A stretch of 63,103 bases of DNA, counting the filler, from Thermoplasmatota archaeon (GTDB taxonomy: Archaea > Thermoplasmatota > E2 > JACPAO01 > JAHFTW01): assembly GCA_041623215.1 (NCBI GenBank). It is 9 parts of 9 records of this genome, joined end to end, with 100 filler letters (N's around TTAATTAATTAA, not from the genome) between each part and the next. Parts side by side here need not be neighbours in the genome. Positions count along the whole stretch, not along the records: positions 28,628 to 35,488 come from JBFJXH010000092.1; positions 35,589 to 42,429 come from JBFJXH010000093.1; 7 more parts are not named here. The stretch is one strand, 5' to 3'. Each line of letters opens with the position of its first letter. The first letter of the stretch is position 1. The notes beneath the pieces are model-generated. The model made no database searches, had not been told where the DNA came from, and saw nothing but the letters and a program-made list of their open reading frames with translations. Made by a program: the position numbers and the translations under genes. Shown piece after piece: positions 30,272-40,194 of this stretch.

Positions 30272-31351
30272 CTAGCGCGTCAAGACAACCTTCCCGGTTG
30301 CCTTTCGGTCCTTGAGAAGTTGCATCGCTTCGGCCGATTTCTCGAGGGGTAGTGTTTCGCTGACTAGGGTTTGGATGTGGCCTGCCTCAACGGCTCGCAG
30401 CGCCTGAATGAGCTCGGCCTTGGTGCCCAAGGTGCTGCCCATGATGGTCTTGTTCTGAATGAACATGTAGGCGAGTTCTAGGTCTGCTTTGTAGCCGGCG
30501 GTGGCACCGCACGTGACCATTTTGCCGCCAGCTCGCATCAGCTTGATGGACTCCATCAGCGTCGCACCGCCCACGGAGTCGAAGACGACGTCAACGCCTT
30601 TGGGGTTCAGGTCTTTCATGGTGCCCAGGAATTCTTTGGTGACGGCCTTCTCGGTTTCGGGTGTGGTGTGGGGTCGAATGACCACTTCGTCAGCACCAAA
30701 GCGGCGGCTCAATTCCGCCTTCTCCTCGCTGCTGACGACGCCGATGACCTTGGCGCCGCGAAGCTTGGCGATTTGCGTCGCGAAGAATCCAACACCGCCA
30801 CTTGAGCCACGCACGAGGACAGTATCGTTGGCCTGAACGCGTGCGTTGGCCACGAGCATATGCCATGCCGTTACGAGTGTCAGTGGCATGCTGGCGGCCT
30901 CTTCCCAACTGGTGTTCCAGGGCTTCTTCACCAGGTTGTACGCCGGCATGACAACGTGGGTGGCATGCGCGCCCCACATGGGGCCAGCGTCAAAGCCCCA
31001 AATGCGGAACGTGTTCTCGCAGATGTGCTCTTCGCCGTTGATGCAGCGGAAACAGTGATGGCAGCCAATGCCGCAGTAAACGACCACCTCGTCGCCTGGC
31101 TTGAGGTGGTTGACTGCTTTGCCGACCTCCTTGACGATGCCGCTGGCATCGCTGCCGAGAATGAGTGGCAACTCGAAGCCTCGTACCTTGCCTTCGCGGG
31201 CCCAATACTCGTTGGGATTCACCCCCGATGCCTTGACTTCGACCAAGACCTCGGTGGGGCCAATCTGGGGTTCGGGGATGTCTTCGAGCTTGCAAACCTC
31301 GGGGCCGCCGTGCTCGCGGATGACCACTGCTTTCATGGGCCCGTGCGCCAT
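30272..31351 (-). CDS. Zinc-binding medium-chain dehydrogenase/reductase
   Basis: MKAVVIREHGGPEV, structural Zn CxxCxxC...C, GSSGGVG nucleotide-binding loop. Confidence 0.85.
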   Translation of the reverse strand: MAHGPMKAVVIREHGGPEVCKLEDIPEPQIGPTEVLVEVKASGVNPNEYWAREGKVRGFELPLILGSDASGIVKEVGKAVNHLKPGDEVVVYCGIGCHHCFRCINGEEHICENTFRIWGFDAGPMWGAHATHVVMPAYNLVKKPWNTSWEEAASMPLTLVTAWHMLVANARVQANDTVLVRGSSGGVGFFATQIAKLRGAKVIGVVSSEEKAELSRRFGADEVVIRPHTTPETEKAVTKEFLGTMKDLNPKGVDVVFDSVGGATLMESIKLMRAGGKMVTCGATAGYKADLELAYMFIQNKTIMGSTLGTKAELIQALRAVEAGHIQTLVSETLPLEKSAEAMQLLKDRKATGKVVLTR

Positions 31352-31466
31352 GTTGGCTAGGGACCTTAACGGCTTGCACTCGAACCAGTTCGCGCCGAGA
31401 CTTGACATGGTCGATGAAAGTGACCAAACAGATGGCCTGGGAGCGACCTGACAACGGGCCGCACCC

Positions 31467-32096
31467 CTAGCGCGTCCCGGTGCCCTTGACCTCGATGGCA
31501 CTGCCATCTGCGATGGCGTGGCCGCCCCAGGCTGCCAAATCGGGCCCCACCCACGCTGCCAAGTTCGCCTTAATCGGGTCGATGGCGGCCTTGGCATCAA
31601 GGACCGCGTCGTCCGCATGAACCAGGACCACCTCGGCTGTGAGTAGCCACGATCGACGGTCCCGCCCCACGGTCTCTCGCTTCGCCAAGACACACTCAAG
31701 TCGGACGGGGCTACGCCGCAACCCAGGCGGCAAGATGCGCGTTGAAGCTATCACATCGACGTTGCTGCGCACTGGGCCGCGGTGTGGCTCGGGCAGCGGC
31801 CCGGCATGCGCAGCCACGTCCTTGACCATGCTCACCGATAGCAGGTTGAGCACAAACTCGCCGCTGTCCTCGAGATCTACCAGGGCTCGGGTCGCGCGGG
31901 GGTCGCGCTCGGAGAGCACCACGGCCACCGTTGGCGGTGACGCCGCGAGCGGCAAGATGCGAGACACCACAGTGACAAACGCATCCCCTGAACGGGGACC
32001 AATGGTAGACAAGGCGGCGAGCGGGCGGGGCCCCAGGGCTCCCGCCAGCAGGCGGTCGGCCGCCTCAGGTCGCGCCATGTCAATGGCCAAGTCCAC
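31467..32096 (-). CDS. Flavin reductase-like (DIM6/NTAB) family protein
   Basis: PRP....ST, PPTVAV, SGEFVLN, SPVRLEC motifs; start uncertain (32096 or 32078). Confidence 0.65.
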   Translation of the reverse strand: MDLAIDMARPEAADRLLAGALGPRPLAALSTIGPRSGDAFVTVVSRILPLAASPPTVAVVLSERDPRATRALVDLEDSGEFVLNLLSVSMVKDVAAHAGPLPEPHRGPVRSNVDVIASTRILPPGLRRSPVRLECVLAKRETVGRDRRSWLLTAEVVLVHADDAVLDAKAAIDPIKANLAAWVGPDLAAWGGHAIADGSAIEVKGTGTR

Positions 32097-32196
32097 GCGC
32101 CGCGAACGCTCCTGGCCAAGAAGGCCTTGCCTTGCGGTGCATGAGCGGTCTTTTTCATGCGGTCCTAGTTTGGCGCTCCACTTCGGAGGCAATGCC

Positions 32197-34035
32197 GTGA
32201 CTGACCAACCTACGACCCTCAAGACGCTCTTCTGGAACAACGTGGACCAAAACGGGGACCAGCCAGCCCAGACTTGGTTTGACGGCAGCGAATGGAAAAC
32301 GCGGTCCTTCAGCGAATTTGGCCAATCCATCAAGGACGTAGCCCAAGGCCTCATGGCGCTCGGCGTGAAGCGCGGCGACCGGGTCGCCATCTGGAGCAAG
32401 AATAGCCCGCGTTGGGCTGAAGTTGACTGGGCTGACCAAACCGTCGGCTTCGCCACGGTGCCCATTTACGATACGCTGACCGCCCCCAAGGCCGCCTACA
32501 TTCTGAACGACTCTGAGGCGAAGGTCATGTTCGTCCAGGACCGTGGCATGCTCGACAAGATCCTCGAAGTGGAGAAGGACATCAAGACCGTCAAGCACTA
32601 CATCATGCTCGAGGGGCGTGCTCCCACCGGGCGGAAAGACGTCATCACCTACGCGGCGCTCGTGAAGGAAGCGAAGGCCTTCGCCAAGAAGCACCCAAAA
32701 CGCCTGGACGGCGCCATGGCCAAAGTCAAGCCTGATGACCTTGCCAGCTTGGTGTACACGTCGGGAACGACCGGCGACCCCAAGGGCGTCATGTTGAGTC
32801 AATGGAACTTCGCCAGCAATGCCGCCGTTGCGCGTGCCTGCGTGGACTTTGGCGTCGGCGACAAATTCCTGAGCTTCCTCCCCCTGTCGCACGTCTTTGA
32901 GCGAACTGGTGGCCACTTTGCCGCCTACACCGCCGGCGCGCAGGTCGTCTTCGCACGCGGCATTGAAACGCTGACCGACGACATGCAATTGCATCATCCA
33001 ACCATCATGATGAGCGTGCCGCGATTGTACGAGAAGATTCACGCCAAAATCATGGCCGGCGTCAGTTCAGCCTCTTGGCTCAAGCGAACCATCTTCAATT
33101 GGGCGCTCGCTCAAGGCCGCGCTGCCAACGTCTACCGGCAACGCAACGAACCAATTCCCAAGAGCTTGCAAAAGAAGCTTGACAAGGCCGACAAATTGGT
33201 CTTTGGCAAGCTCAAGGCCGCTGTCGGCGGCAACATCCGGTTCTTTGTCAGCGGCGGCGCCGCGCTCTCCAAGGATATTGAGGAATTTTTCTGGGCCGCC
33301 GGCGTGTGTATTCTCCAAGGCTATGGGCTGACGGAAACAAGCCCGGTTGTCAATGTCAATCGCCCCGACAAACTGCGCTTTGGCAGCGTGGGCAATCCGG
33401 TTCCTGGAGCCACCATCAAGATTGATACCAGCGAATGGCAGAGCCAACGCACCGACGTCGTGGAAGGCGAAATCTGCGTCAAAGGCCCCATGGTGATGCA
33501 CGGCTATTTCAACAACAAGAAGGCCACCGACGAAGTGATGGACAAGGAGGGCTTCTTCCACACGGGCGACATTGGCTATGTGGACGAGGACGGCTTCTTG
33601 TTCATCACGGACCGCAAGAAGGAAATCATCGTGATGAGCAACGGCAAGAACGTGGCGCCCCAGCACCTGGAAGGTCTGCTGAAGCTTCAGCCACACATTG
33701 CCTTGGCTTGTGCCATCGGAGACGACCGCAAATACATGAGCGCCCTCATCGTTCCCGACTTTGAAGCGCTGGAGACATTCGCTACCGCGAATGGTATTGC
33801 AGCATCGGACGCGGAGCGATTGGTGGCCGACCAGCGAGTCGTCAGCCTCATTGAGCGCGAGGTGGAGGCGGTGAATCAGCACCTCAGTCGCTACGAGCAA
33901 ATCAAGAAATTCTGGATTCTGCACGAGGACTGGATTCCCGGCGGGGACGAGCTGACCCCGACGCTGAAAATCAAGCGACGGGTTGTGGCGACCAAGTTCA
34001 AGGATGCCATTGCCAACTTGTATCCGAGCAAGTAG
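32197..34035 (+). CDS. Long-chain-fatty-acid--CoA ligase
   Basis: YTSGTTGDPKG, QGYGLTE, FHTGDIG, LTPTLKIKR; GGAGG before GTG 32197. Confidence 0.9.
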   Translation: MTDQPTTLKTLFWNNVDQNGDQPAQTWFDGSEWKTRSFSEFGQSIKDVAQGLMALGVKRGDRVAIWSKNSPRWAEVDWADQTVGFATVPIYDTLTAPKAAYILNDSEAKVMFVQDRGMLDKILEVEKDIKTVKHYIMLEGRAPTGRKDVITYAALVKEAKAFAKKHPKRLDGAMAKVKPDDLASLVYTSGTTGDPKGVMLSQWNFASNAAVARACVDFGVGDKFLSFLPLSHVFERTGGHFAAYTAGAQVVFARGIETLTDDMQLHHPTIMMSVPRLYEKIHAKIMAGVSSASWLKRTIFNWALAQGRAANVYRQRNEPIPKSLQKKLDKADKLVFGKLKAAVGGNIRFFVSGGAALSKDIEEFFWAAGVCILQGYGLTETSPVVNVNRPDKLRFGSVGNPVPGATIKIDTSEWQSQRTDVVEGEICVKGPMVMHGYFNNKKATDEVMDKEGFFHTGDIGYVDEDGFLFITDRKKEIIVMSNGKNVAPQHLEGLLKLQPHIALACAIGDDRKYMSALIVPDFEALETFATANGIAASDAERLVADQRVVSLIEREVEAVNQHLSRYEQIKKFWILHEDWIPGGDELTPTLKIKRRVVATKFKDAIANLYPSK

Positions 34036-34410
34036 TCGATAATCACCGCAAGTGTGCGGGTGCTCTCGCGCTGCGTCCAGGGTTCTACAATGGACGGCTA
34101 TCCCTGCGTCAGCCACAGCCCGGCCCGCCGCATCGCCGATGAGATGGCCCATGCGAATTGGAACCTGCTGTTGCTCCACGCGAAAGCCACGTTTTCATCT
34201 ACTCTCAATCAACAAGACTTCTAAAGGGCCAACTCCACGGCTCAAGGCGTGCCCCGGAATTGGACACGCTTTCCCCGCTTTGCACCCCTGGCCCTTCTGC
34301 GGCCGTGGGTCGCGTGGGCAAGGGCGGTGCACACCCGAAGGACCCAAGGGTAGGTGGACACCCTTTGCAGGTCGTCGTCGCCTCTGTTCCGGCGGCTCCC
34401 TGCTTCCCCA

Positions 34411-34457
34411 CGCGGCGGGCCGGCACCTCGGTGTGCCTGCATGGCCGGCCCGCCGCG
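34411..34457. repeat. Perfect 14-bp inverted repeat (hairpin) upstream of purM
   Basis: CGCGGCGGGCCGGC (34411-34424) and GCCGGCCCGCCGCG (34444-34457), 19-nt loop. Confidence 0.8.
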
Positions 34458-34542
34458 CCTCCAAGGCATCACCCCCCAACCCTAAACGCGGAGCTTGACT
34501 CGCCGGGTCGTGGCCGCGCCCCCAGGTTCCGAGCCCAAAGGA

Positions 34543-35488
34543 ATGACCTACGCTGAATCAGGCGTAGACATCGAGAAGGAAGACTCGGCCGTGGAGGCCT
34601 TGGCGGCGACCCTGTCGTTTGCGCGCGAAGGCCTGGGCGCACCGCTTGGCAGCATAGGTCACTTTGCCGGGCTCATTGAGTTCGGCGACAAGGCGCTATG
34701 CTTGTGCACCGATGGCGTCGGCAGCAAGGTGGAAATCGCCAATGCGGTCAGGAAGTGGGACACGGTGGGGATTGACTGCATGGCGATGAACGTCAATGAC
34801 GCGATCTGCGTGGGCGCCGAACCGCTGGCCTTTGTTGATTACCTCGCTATCGAAGACCCGGACCCCGAGTTTACCCGACAAGTTGGCCTTGGCTTGGCCG
34901 AAGGCGCCAGGCAAGCCAACGTCAGTATGGTGGGCGGCGAGACCGCAAGCCTGCCCGGCATCATCAAGGGCTTCGACCTCGCCGGTACCTGCCTCGCGTG
35001 GGCGGAAAAAGACAGCCTCGTTACCGGTGAGCAGATTGCACCGGGCGACATCCTCATTGGGCTGGCGTCGTCGGGCATCCACTCCAATGGTTACACGTTG
35101 GCGCGGCGCGCGTTCGAAGCCAACGGCCATGCGTACACGGATGTTTGGCCGTGGGCTGATGACGCGGAGCACGCGGGCAAAAGCATCGGTGAGGTGCTCC
35201 TGGAGCCGACGCGCATCTACGTACGCCCCATCATGGCTCTCTTACAGGCGGGCGTGCAGGTCCGAGGGCTGTCTCACATTACGGGCAGCGGCCTTCGCAA
35301 GCTCCGGCGCATCAATCAGGGCGTCAAGTATGACATTACTGAGCCCTTGCCTGTTCCATCCGTCTTCCGCCGTATCCAGGACTTGGGCGGCGTCGCGGAC
35401 CATGAAATGTATCGCACCTTCAACATGGGAATGGGCTTCGTTGTGGTGGTCCCTGCAGACGCGGTTGATGCGGCACTGGCGGTTCTGG
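34543..35488 (+). CDS. purM: Phosphoribosylformylglycinamidine cyclo-ligase (3' truncated)
   Basis: TYAESGVD, TDGVGSK, GGETA, SSGIHSNG, HITGSG, TFNMGMG. Confidence 0.94.
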
Positions 35489-35588
35489 NNNNNNNNNNNN
35501 NNNNNNNNNNNNNNNNNNNNNNNNNNNNNNNNTTAATTAATTAANNNNNNNNNNNNNNNNNNNNNNNNNNNNNNNNNNNNNNNNNNNN
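35489..35588. other. Artificial contig spacer
   Basis: N44-TTAATTAATTAA-N44. Confidence 0.98.
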
Positions 35589-35955
35589 ACTCCCCCTCCC
35601 CATCCAACGCCATCGCCTTCGCCACCCACGCATCGAACTGCTCGGGCGCGTCGGCGCCCAGTTTCCAGACGTACTTGGCGACGGGGGACTTTCCTGTGCC
35701 GGCCAAGCCGTTGCCGATTTCGATGCCGCGAAAGAAGCCGAGGGTCACGTGGTTTTTGGCGGCGGAGGCGTAGCCGAGGGGGCCGTGGCGAAACCAGCAC
35801 GGGACGCCCCATGCGATGCCTTCGACCACGTCGGGGTCGCTGTGCCATTTTGCTCGCACGGCGGTTACGATGGCTCGTTGGCGGTCGTTCAGATCGGCGA
35901 TGTAGGCATCTACGTCGGGGTGGTGGCGGTGTTTGGGTCCGTCGTGCCAGGCCAC
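35589..35955 (-). CDS. DUF1801 (YdhG-like) protein, runs into contig end
   Basis: VDAYIA, EGIAWGVP.W, HVTLGF..G, GTGK pattern. Confidence 0.7.
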
Positions 35956-36026
35956 GGTGCGACATGGCGTGCCGTCCTTTTGGAGGGACCGGCATGGTCA
36001 TGGCTGGTTCGCGGCGTCGGGGGTTT

Positions 36027-37328
36027 GTGAGCAGTCTGGCGATTCGGAACACCACGGTTGTGACGCAGGACGAAGCGCGTCGCGTCATCGAGGGTGATGT
36101 GTACGTGGAGGACGAGCGCATCGTTTCCGTGGGGCCCAAGGCGCCGGAGGCGGACCACGTGATTGATGGCACGGGGCAAGTGGTGTTGCCGGGGCTCATC
36201 AATTTGCACACGCATTTGCCCATGGGTCTGTTTCGGGGCTTTGGCGACGACATGTTGTTGGAGCCGTGGCTGCAGGAACGCATTTGGCCGGCGGAGGCAA
36301 AACTGACGCCGGAAACCATGCGGGCCGGTGCTGATTTGGGTCATTTGGAGAATATTCTGCATGGCGTCACGAGTTACTTGGACATGTACTGGATGGAGGC
36401 GGATGTCATTGCGGATTCGTGCCGGCAAGCCGGTCTGCGTGGTTGGTGTGGGGAGGGCATGGTGGACTTTGACACGCCGGAAGGCGAGCCGAATCCCAAG
36501 ACCAAGATCATTGAGCAGAGCATCAAAGCGACCGCCAAGGACCCCTTGATTACGCACTGTCCTAGTCCGCACGCCTTGTACACTGCCAGCTTGGAAACCT
36601 ATGCGGAATCTGCGCGGATTGCCACGGAGTATGGCGTGCCGTTGCATACGCATTGCAGTGAGACGCGCACCGAGGTGTATGGTGTGCAGCAGGACAAGGG
36701 CGGCCGGCCTGTTGCACTTCTTGACAAGGCAGGTGCACTGGAGGCAAATGCCGTGCTGGCGCATTGCGGCTGGATTACCAAAGAAGAAGTGAAGCGGTTG
36801 GGTGAGGCAGGCGCAGCGGTGGCGCATTGCCCGGTTAGCAATCTGAAGTTGGCTACGGGCGGTGTTTGCCCGGTGCCGGAGTTGCATGAAGCAGGGGTGT
36901 GCGTCGGGTTGGGCACGGATGGCGCGGCCAGCAACAATGCAACGGACTTGTTTGAAACGATGAAGATGGCGGCCCTGGTGCAGAAGCAGCATCGATGGGA
37001 CGCGGAGGTATTGCCGGCGCAGCGAGTGTTGGATTTGGCGACGCGCGACGGGGCCGACGCTTTGCGCCGCCCCGACCTGGGTCGTGTCCAGGAAGGTGCC
37101 ACGGCCGACTTGTGCATGGTTGACTTCCGGCGGCCCCAGTTGGTTCCCCGGCATGATGCGGTGAGCAACCTTGTGTATGCGGCCAACGGCCGCGACATCA
37201 GCGCCACCATTGTCCACGGGCAGGTCTTGATGGCGCCCAGCGAAAGCGGTCGCTCCGAGGTTCGCACCTTGGATGTTGAGGCAACGCTTGCAGCGGCTCA
37301 GGCGGCAGCGGCTGAGGTGTGCGCGTGA
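36027..37328 (+). CDS. Amidohydrolase, MTA/SAH deaminase-like
   Basis: PGLINLHTH, PHALYT, HTHCSET, HCPVSNLKLA, GTDGAASNN. Confidence 0.85.
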   Translation: MSSLAIRNTTVVTQDEARRVIEGDVYVEDERIVSVGPKAPEADHVIDGTGQVVLPGLINLHTHLPMGLFRGFGDDMLLEPWLQERIWPAEAKLTPETMRAGADLGHLENILHGVTSYLDMYWMEADVIADSCRQAGLRGWCGEGMVDFDTPEGEPNPKTKIIEQSIKATAKDPLITHCPSPHALYTASLETYAESARIATEYGVPLHTHCSETRTEVYGVQQDKGGRPVALLDKAGALEANAVLAHCGWITKEEVKRLGEAGAAVAHCPVSNLKLATGGVCPVPELHEAGVCVGLGTDGAASNNATDLFETMKMAALVQKQHRWDAEVLPAQRVLDLATRDGADALRRPDLGRVQEGATADLCMVDFRRPQLVPRHDAVSNLVYAANGRDISATIVHGQVLMAPSESGRSEVRTLDVEATLAAAQAAAAEVCA

Positions 37329-38125
37329 GGGTGGTTAGTTGGAACATCAACAGTGTGCGGGCGCGCGTCGGGCGCACGTGCAACTTCTTGCGACGGGCCT
37401 CGCCGGATGTGCTTTGCTTGCAGGAAACCAAGTGTTTGCCGGACCAGTTCATCCACGAGGACATCGCCGGCCTCGACTACCACGCTGAGGTGTTTGGCCA
37501 GAAGTCCTACAACGGTGTCGCGCTGGTGGCGTCCGAGCGGGTGACGCTCACTAATGTCCAGCATGGATTTCCCGGTGACCCTTGCCCGGAGCAAGCTCGC
37601 GTCATCAGTGCCACGGTCAGTCGCGACGGCCACGATGACTTGTGGTTGTGCAACTTGTACGTGGTCAATGGCAAGGCCCCTGAGCACGAGGCGTTTCAAA
37701 TCAAACAGGAGTGGTTAGCGAACGTTCGTGGCTGGTTGAATGATTCCTTTGACCCGCAGGACCCTCTGCTGCTCGTGGGTGATTGGAACATTACACCAGC
37801 GCCGGAGGATACCTATGATCCTATTGGGACTCAGGGAAAGATTCACTGCACCGAGCAGGAGCGTGACTGGCTTGCTAATGTCTGCAACTTCGGCCTGCAA
37901 GATTTGCACCAAAAAACCGGCTCACCGGCCTTTACATGGTGGGATTACCGGGCGGGCTCGTTTCCGCGTGATCGTGGCCTTCGCATCGACCTAGCCCTGG
38001 GCACGCCGCCGGTCGCGGCGAGGTTAGCGGGGGTTATGGTGGATCGGGAGGAGCGAAGAAAATCCTTCAATCCGGACGAAAACCCTAGCGACCACGCGCC
38101 CCTCATCGTGGACTTAGTCGATTGA
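37325..38125 (+). CDS. xth: Exodeoxyribonuclease III / AP endonuclease
   Basis: SWNINSVRAR, LQETK, YNGVA, GDWNI, FTWWDYR, RID, SDHAP. Confidence 0.92.
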   Translation: MRVVSWNINSVRARVGRTCNFLRRASPDVLCLQETKCLPDQFIHEDIAGLDYHAEVFGQKSYNGVALVASERVTLTNVQHGFPGDPCPEQARVISATVSRDGHDDLWLCNLYVVNGKAPEHEAFQIKQEWLANVRGWLNDSFDPQDPLLLVGDWNITPAPEDTYDPIGTQGKIHCTEQERDWLANVCNFGLQDLHQKTGSPAFTWWDYRAGSFPRDRGLRIDLALGTPPVAARLAGVMVDREERRKSFNPDENPSDHAPLIVDLVD

Positions 38126-38154
38126 GGCTATTCATCCTCCTCACTTTAGCTGCG

Positions 38155-38541
38155 TCAGTCGGCCAGCACTAAAGTTGCCTGCCGCACGGTTCGAAGTCTG
38201 GCCAATGCATCAGCGGCGCCTTGCACGCGCGTAATGTCGCCGCCAACAATGAGGACATCCATGCACACTTCCGCTTCGCAATGGGTATGCATGAGACTTA
38301 GCACCACGTCGTGAAACGCATGGCGAACCTCGCTCACGCGGGGCTCCTCGCCGTGTGGGTAGGTGACTGTGATACTTCCGTGCACGTGGCCCGTGCGCAA
38401 TCGACGCGATTCGCTCGCTTGCACGTGGGCTTGGAGCGCCACTCGTGCGACCTCGCTTCGACCCCGGTAATTTCCCTGGGAAATCGTCTGGTCGACGCGC
38501 TCCAGCAAGTCAGGCGGGATGCTGACACTTACGACCGTCAT
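38155..38541 (-). CDS. NikR-family ribbon-helix-helix metal-responsive regulator
   Basis: VVSVSIP..LL..VD......Y..RSE RHH domain; C-terminal H...HTH...C metal site. Confidence 0.8.
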   Translation of the reverse strand: MTVVSVSIPPDLLERVDQTISQGNYRGRSEVARVALQAHVQASESRRLRTGHVHGSITVTYPHGEEPRVSEVRHAFHDVVLSLMHTHCEAEVCMDVLIVGGDITRVQGAADALARLRTVRQATLVLAD

Positions 38542-38562
38542 TGTGAAACGACCCCTAGTCAA

Positions 38563-38592
38563 GTTCATAACTTCTAGCTAAGGGCTATGAAC
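38563..38592. promoter_or_regulatory. Candidate operator GTTCATA-N16-TATGAAC
   Basis: Perfect 7-bp inverted repeat with a 16-nt spacer, between divergent NikR-like and ZIP genes. Confidence 0.55.
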
Positions 38593-38612
38593 CATGCCTG
38601 GTGCGACCCGCC

Positions 38613-39413
38613 ATGGCCGGCCCCGCCACTTGGACACTCGCCAGCGTCCTAGTGGTAAGTCTCGTCAGCCTCATCGGCGCTCTCACGCTGACCTTTGGCG
38701 CCCTCAGCAACCACCGCGTGCAGGTGTTCCTCATCGCCCTGGCTGCTGGAACTCTGCTTGGCGATGCCTTTCTCCACATCCTACCCGAGGCAGCGGCGCA
38801 CGGCTTTGGCGCCCGGCTCGGCGGAACAATCTTGCTGGGCTTTCTGGCGCTCTTTCTTCTCGAGGTCGTTTTGCGCCGGGGCCACAGCCATGGTGAGCAC
38901 CACCACGACGATGAGCACTTGCATCCCTTTGGCATCCTCAACCTCGTAGGCGACTTTGTTCACAACTTCCTTGACGGCGTCATCCTGGCGGCTGCGTTCC
39001 TGGTAGACATTGGCCTCGGCCTTGCTACCACCATTGCCGTGGTGCTGCATGAAGTGCCCCAGGAACTCGGTGACTTTGCCATCCTCGTTCGCTCCGGGTT
39101 CACGCCTGCCAAGGCACTTGCCCTCAATCTGGCCAGCGCCCTGGCTGCCGTGGTCGGCGCGCTACTGGTCCTCCTACTCGACGTGGCCGTGGCCGACTTG
39201 GAGGCTGTGGCCTTGCCCCTGGTGGCTGGTGCCTTCATCTACATCGCCGCCGCCGACTTGGTACCAGAATTGCACCACCACGGCACCGGCCGAACCATGT
39301 GGGTCATTCTGGTTGGACTCGTGGCGGGCCTGCTGATCATGGCCGGCCTAGGCGCCATCGAACCAGCGATCTTTGGCACCGCCCCCGGCGCGGGCGATGG
39401 CCACGCGCATTGA
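38613..39413 (+). CDS. ZIP family metal transporter
   Basis: His-rich loop HSHGEHHH, HNFLDG, HEVPQELGD. Confidence 0.9.
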   Translation: MAGPATWTLASVLVVSLVSLIGALTLTFGALSNHRVQVFLIALAAGTLLGDAFLHILPEAAAHGFGARLGGTILLGFLALFLLEVVLRRGHSHGEHHHDDEHLHPFGILNLVGDFVHNFLDGVILAAAFLVDIGLGLATTIAVVLHEVPQELGDFAILVRSGFTPAKALALNLASALAAVVGALLVLLLDVAVADLEAVALPLVAGAFIYIAAADLVPELHHHGTGRTMWVILVGLVAGLLIMAGLGAIEPAIFGTAPGAGDGHAH

Positions 39414-39466
39414 CTGCCCGACCATTCGCGCACAACTCCTAAATCAAATCCAGGCAAGCCCCATGC

Positions 39467-40192
39467 GTGGAAGCGATCGTCCAAGCCCGCGGCGTCGGGA
39501 AGACCTACGAGTCGGGGCGCCTGCGGGTGGAGGCACTCCAAGGAATTGACCTTGATGTCCGGCGCGGCGAAATGCTCGCGGTCGTGGGGCCCAGCGGCTG
39601 CGGCAAGACCACCCTGCTCAACTGTCTTAGTGGCCTGGACGACTTGACCACGGGCCGCGTGTTTCTCGAAGGCACGGACCTAGGTCGCCTCGGCGACCGG
39701 GAACGCACCAAGCTGCGAAGCCGTCGCATGGGCTTCATCTTCCAATCCTTCAACCTACTGCCGGTTCTAACCGCCCTCGAGAACGTCGAACTGCCACTCT
39801 TGGTAAGTGGCCTCAAGCCCAAGGTGGCGGCCCAGCGCGCGCGGGATGCCCTGGCGCAGGTAGGCCTTGCCGGCTTCGTTGACCACAAGCCGAAGGAGCT
39901 CTCAGGCGGCCAGCAACAGCGCGTCACCATTGCTCGCAGCCTCGTCAATGAGCCGGCGATTGTTTGGGCCGACGAACCCACAGGCAACCTGGACACGGAT
40001 CATGGGCAGCAAATCCTCAACCTCATCCACGACCTCAACCAGCGGCTGGGGCAAACCTACGTCATCGTCACGCATGACCCCGCCATTGCCAACTCGTGCC
40101 ATCGCATTGTGCACATGGAATCGGGCCGCATTCGCGACATTGTGCAAGGTGAAGGTCGCCCGGTGGAACTAGCCACCGCTCGCCGCGCGTAA
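39467..40192 (+). CDS. ABC transporter ATP-binding protein (LolD/MacB-like)
   Basis: [25 protein letters not shown]. Confidence 0.9.
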   Translation: MEAIVQARGVGKTYESGRLRVEALQGIDLDVRRGEMLAVVGPSGCGKTTLLNCLSGLDDLTTGRVFLEGTDLGRLGDRERTKLRSRRMGFIFQSFNLLPVLTALENVELPLLVSGLKPKVAAQRARDALAQVGLAGFVDHKPKELSGGQQQRVTIARSLVNEPAIVWADEPTGNLDTDHGQQILNLIHDLNQRLGQTYVIVTHDPAIANSCHRIVHMESGRIRDIVQGEGRPVELATARRA

Positions 40193-40194
40193 CC

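Noticed and set aside
31639..32196. Long N-terminal extension of the acyl-CoA ligase, and similar long antisense ORFs (e.g. 33067-34179, 35910-37217, 53561-54997, 60147-61469)
   Set aside because: Shadow ORFs opposite well-supported genes, expected in GC-rich DNA; no motifs.
34230..34500. Known ncRNA (SRP RNA, RNase P RNA, ZTP/purine riboswitch)
   Set aside because: Diagnostic conserved motifs were not found on either strand; kept only as an unassigned structured element.
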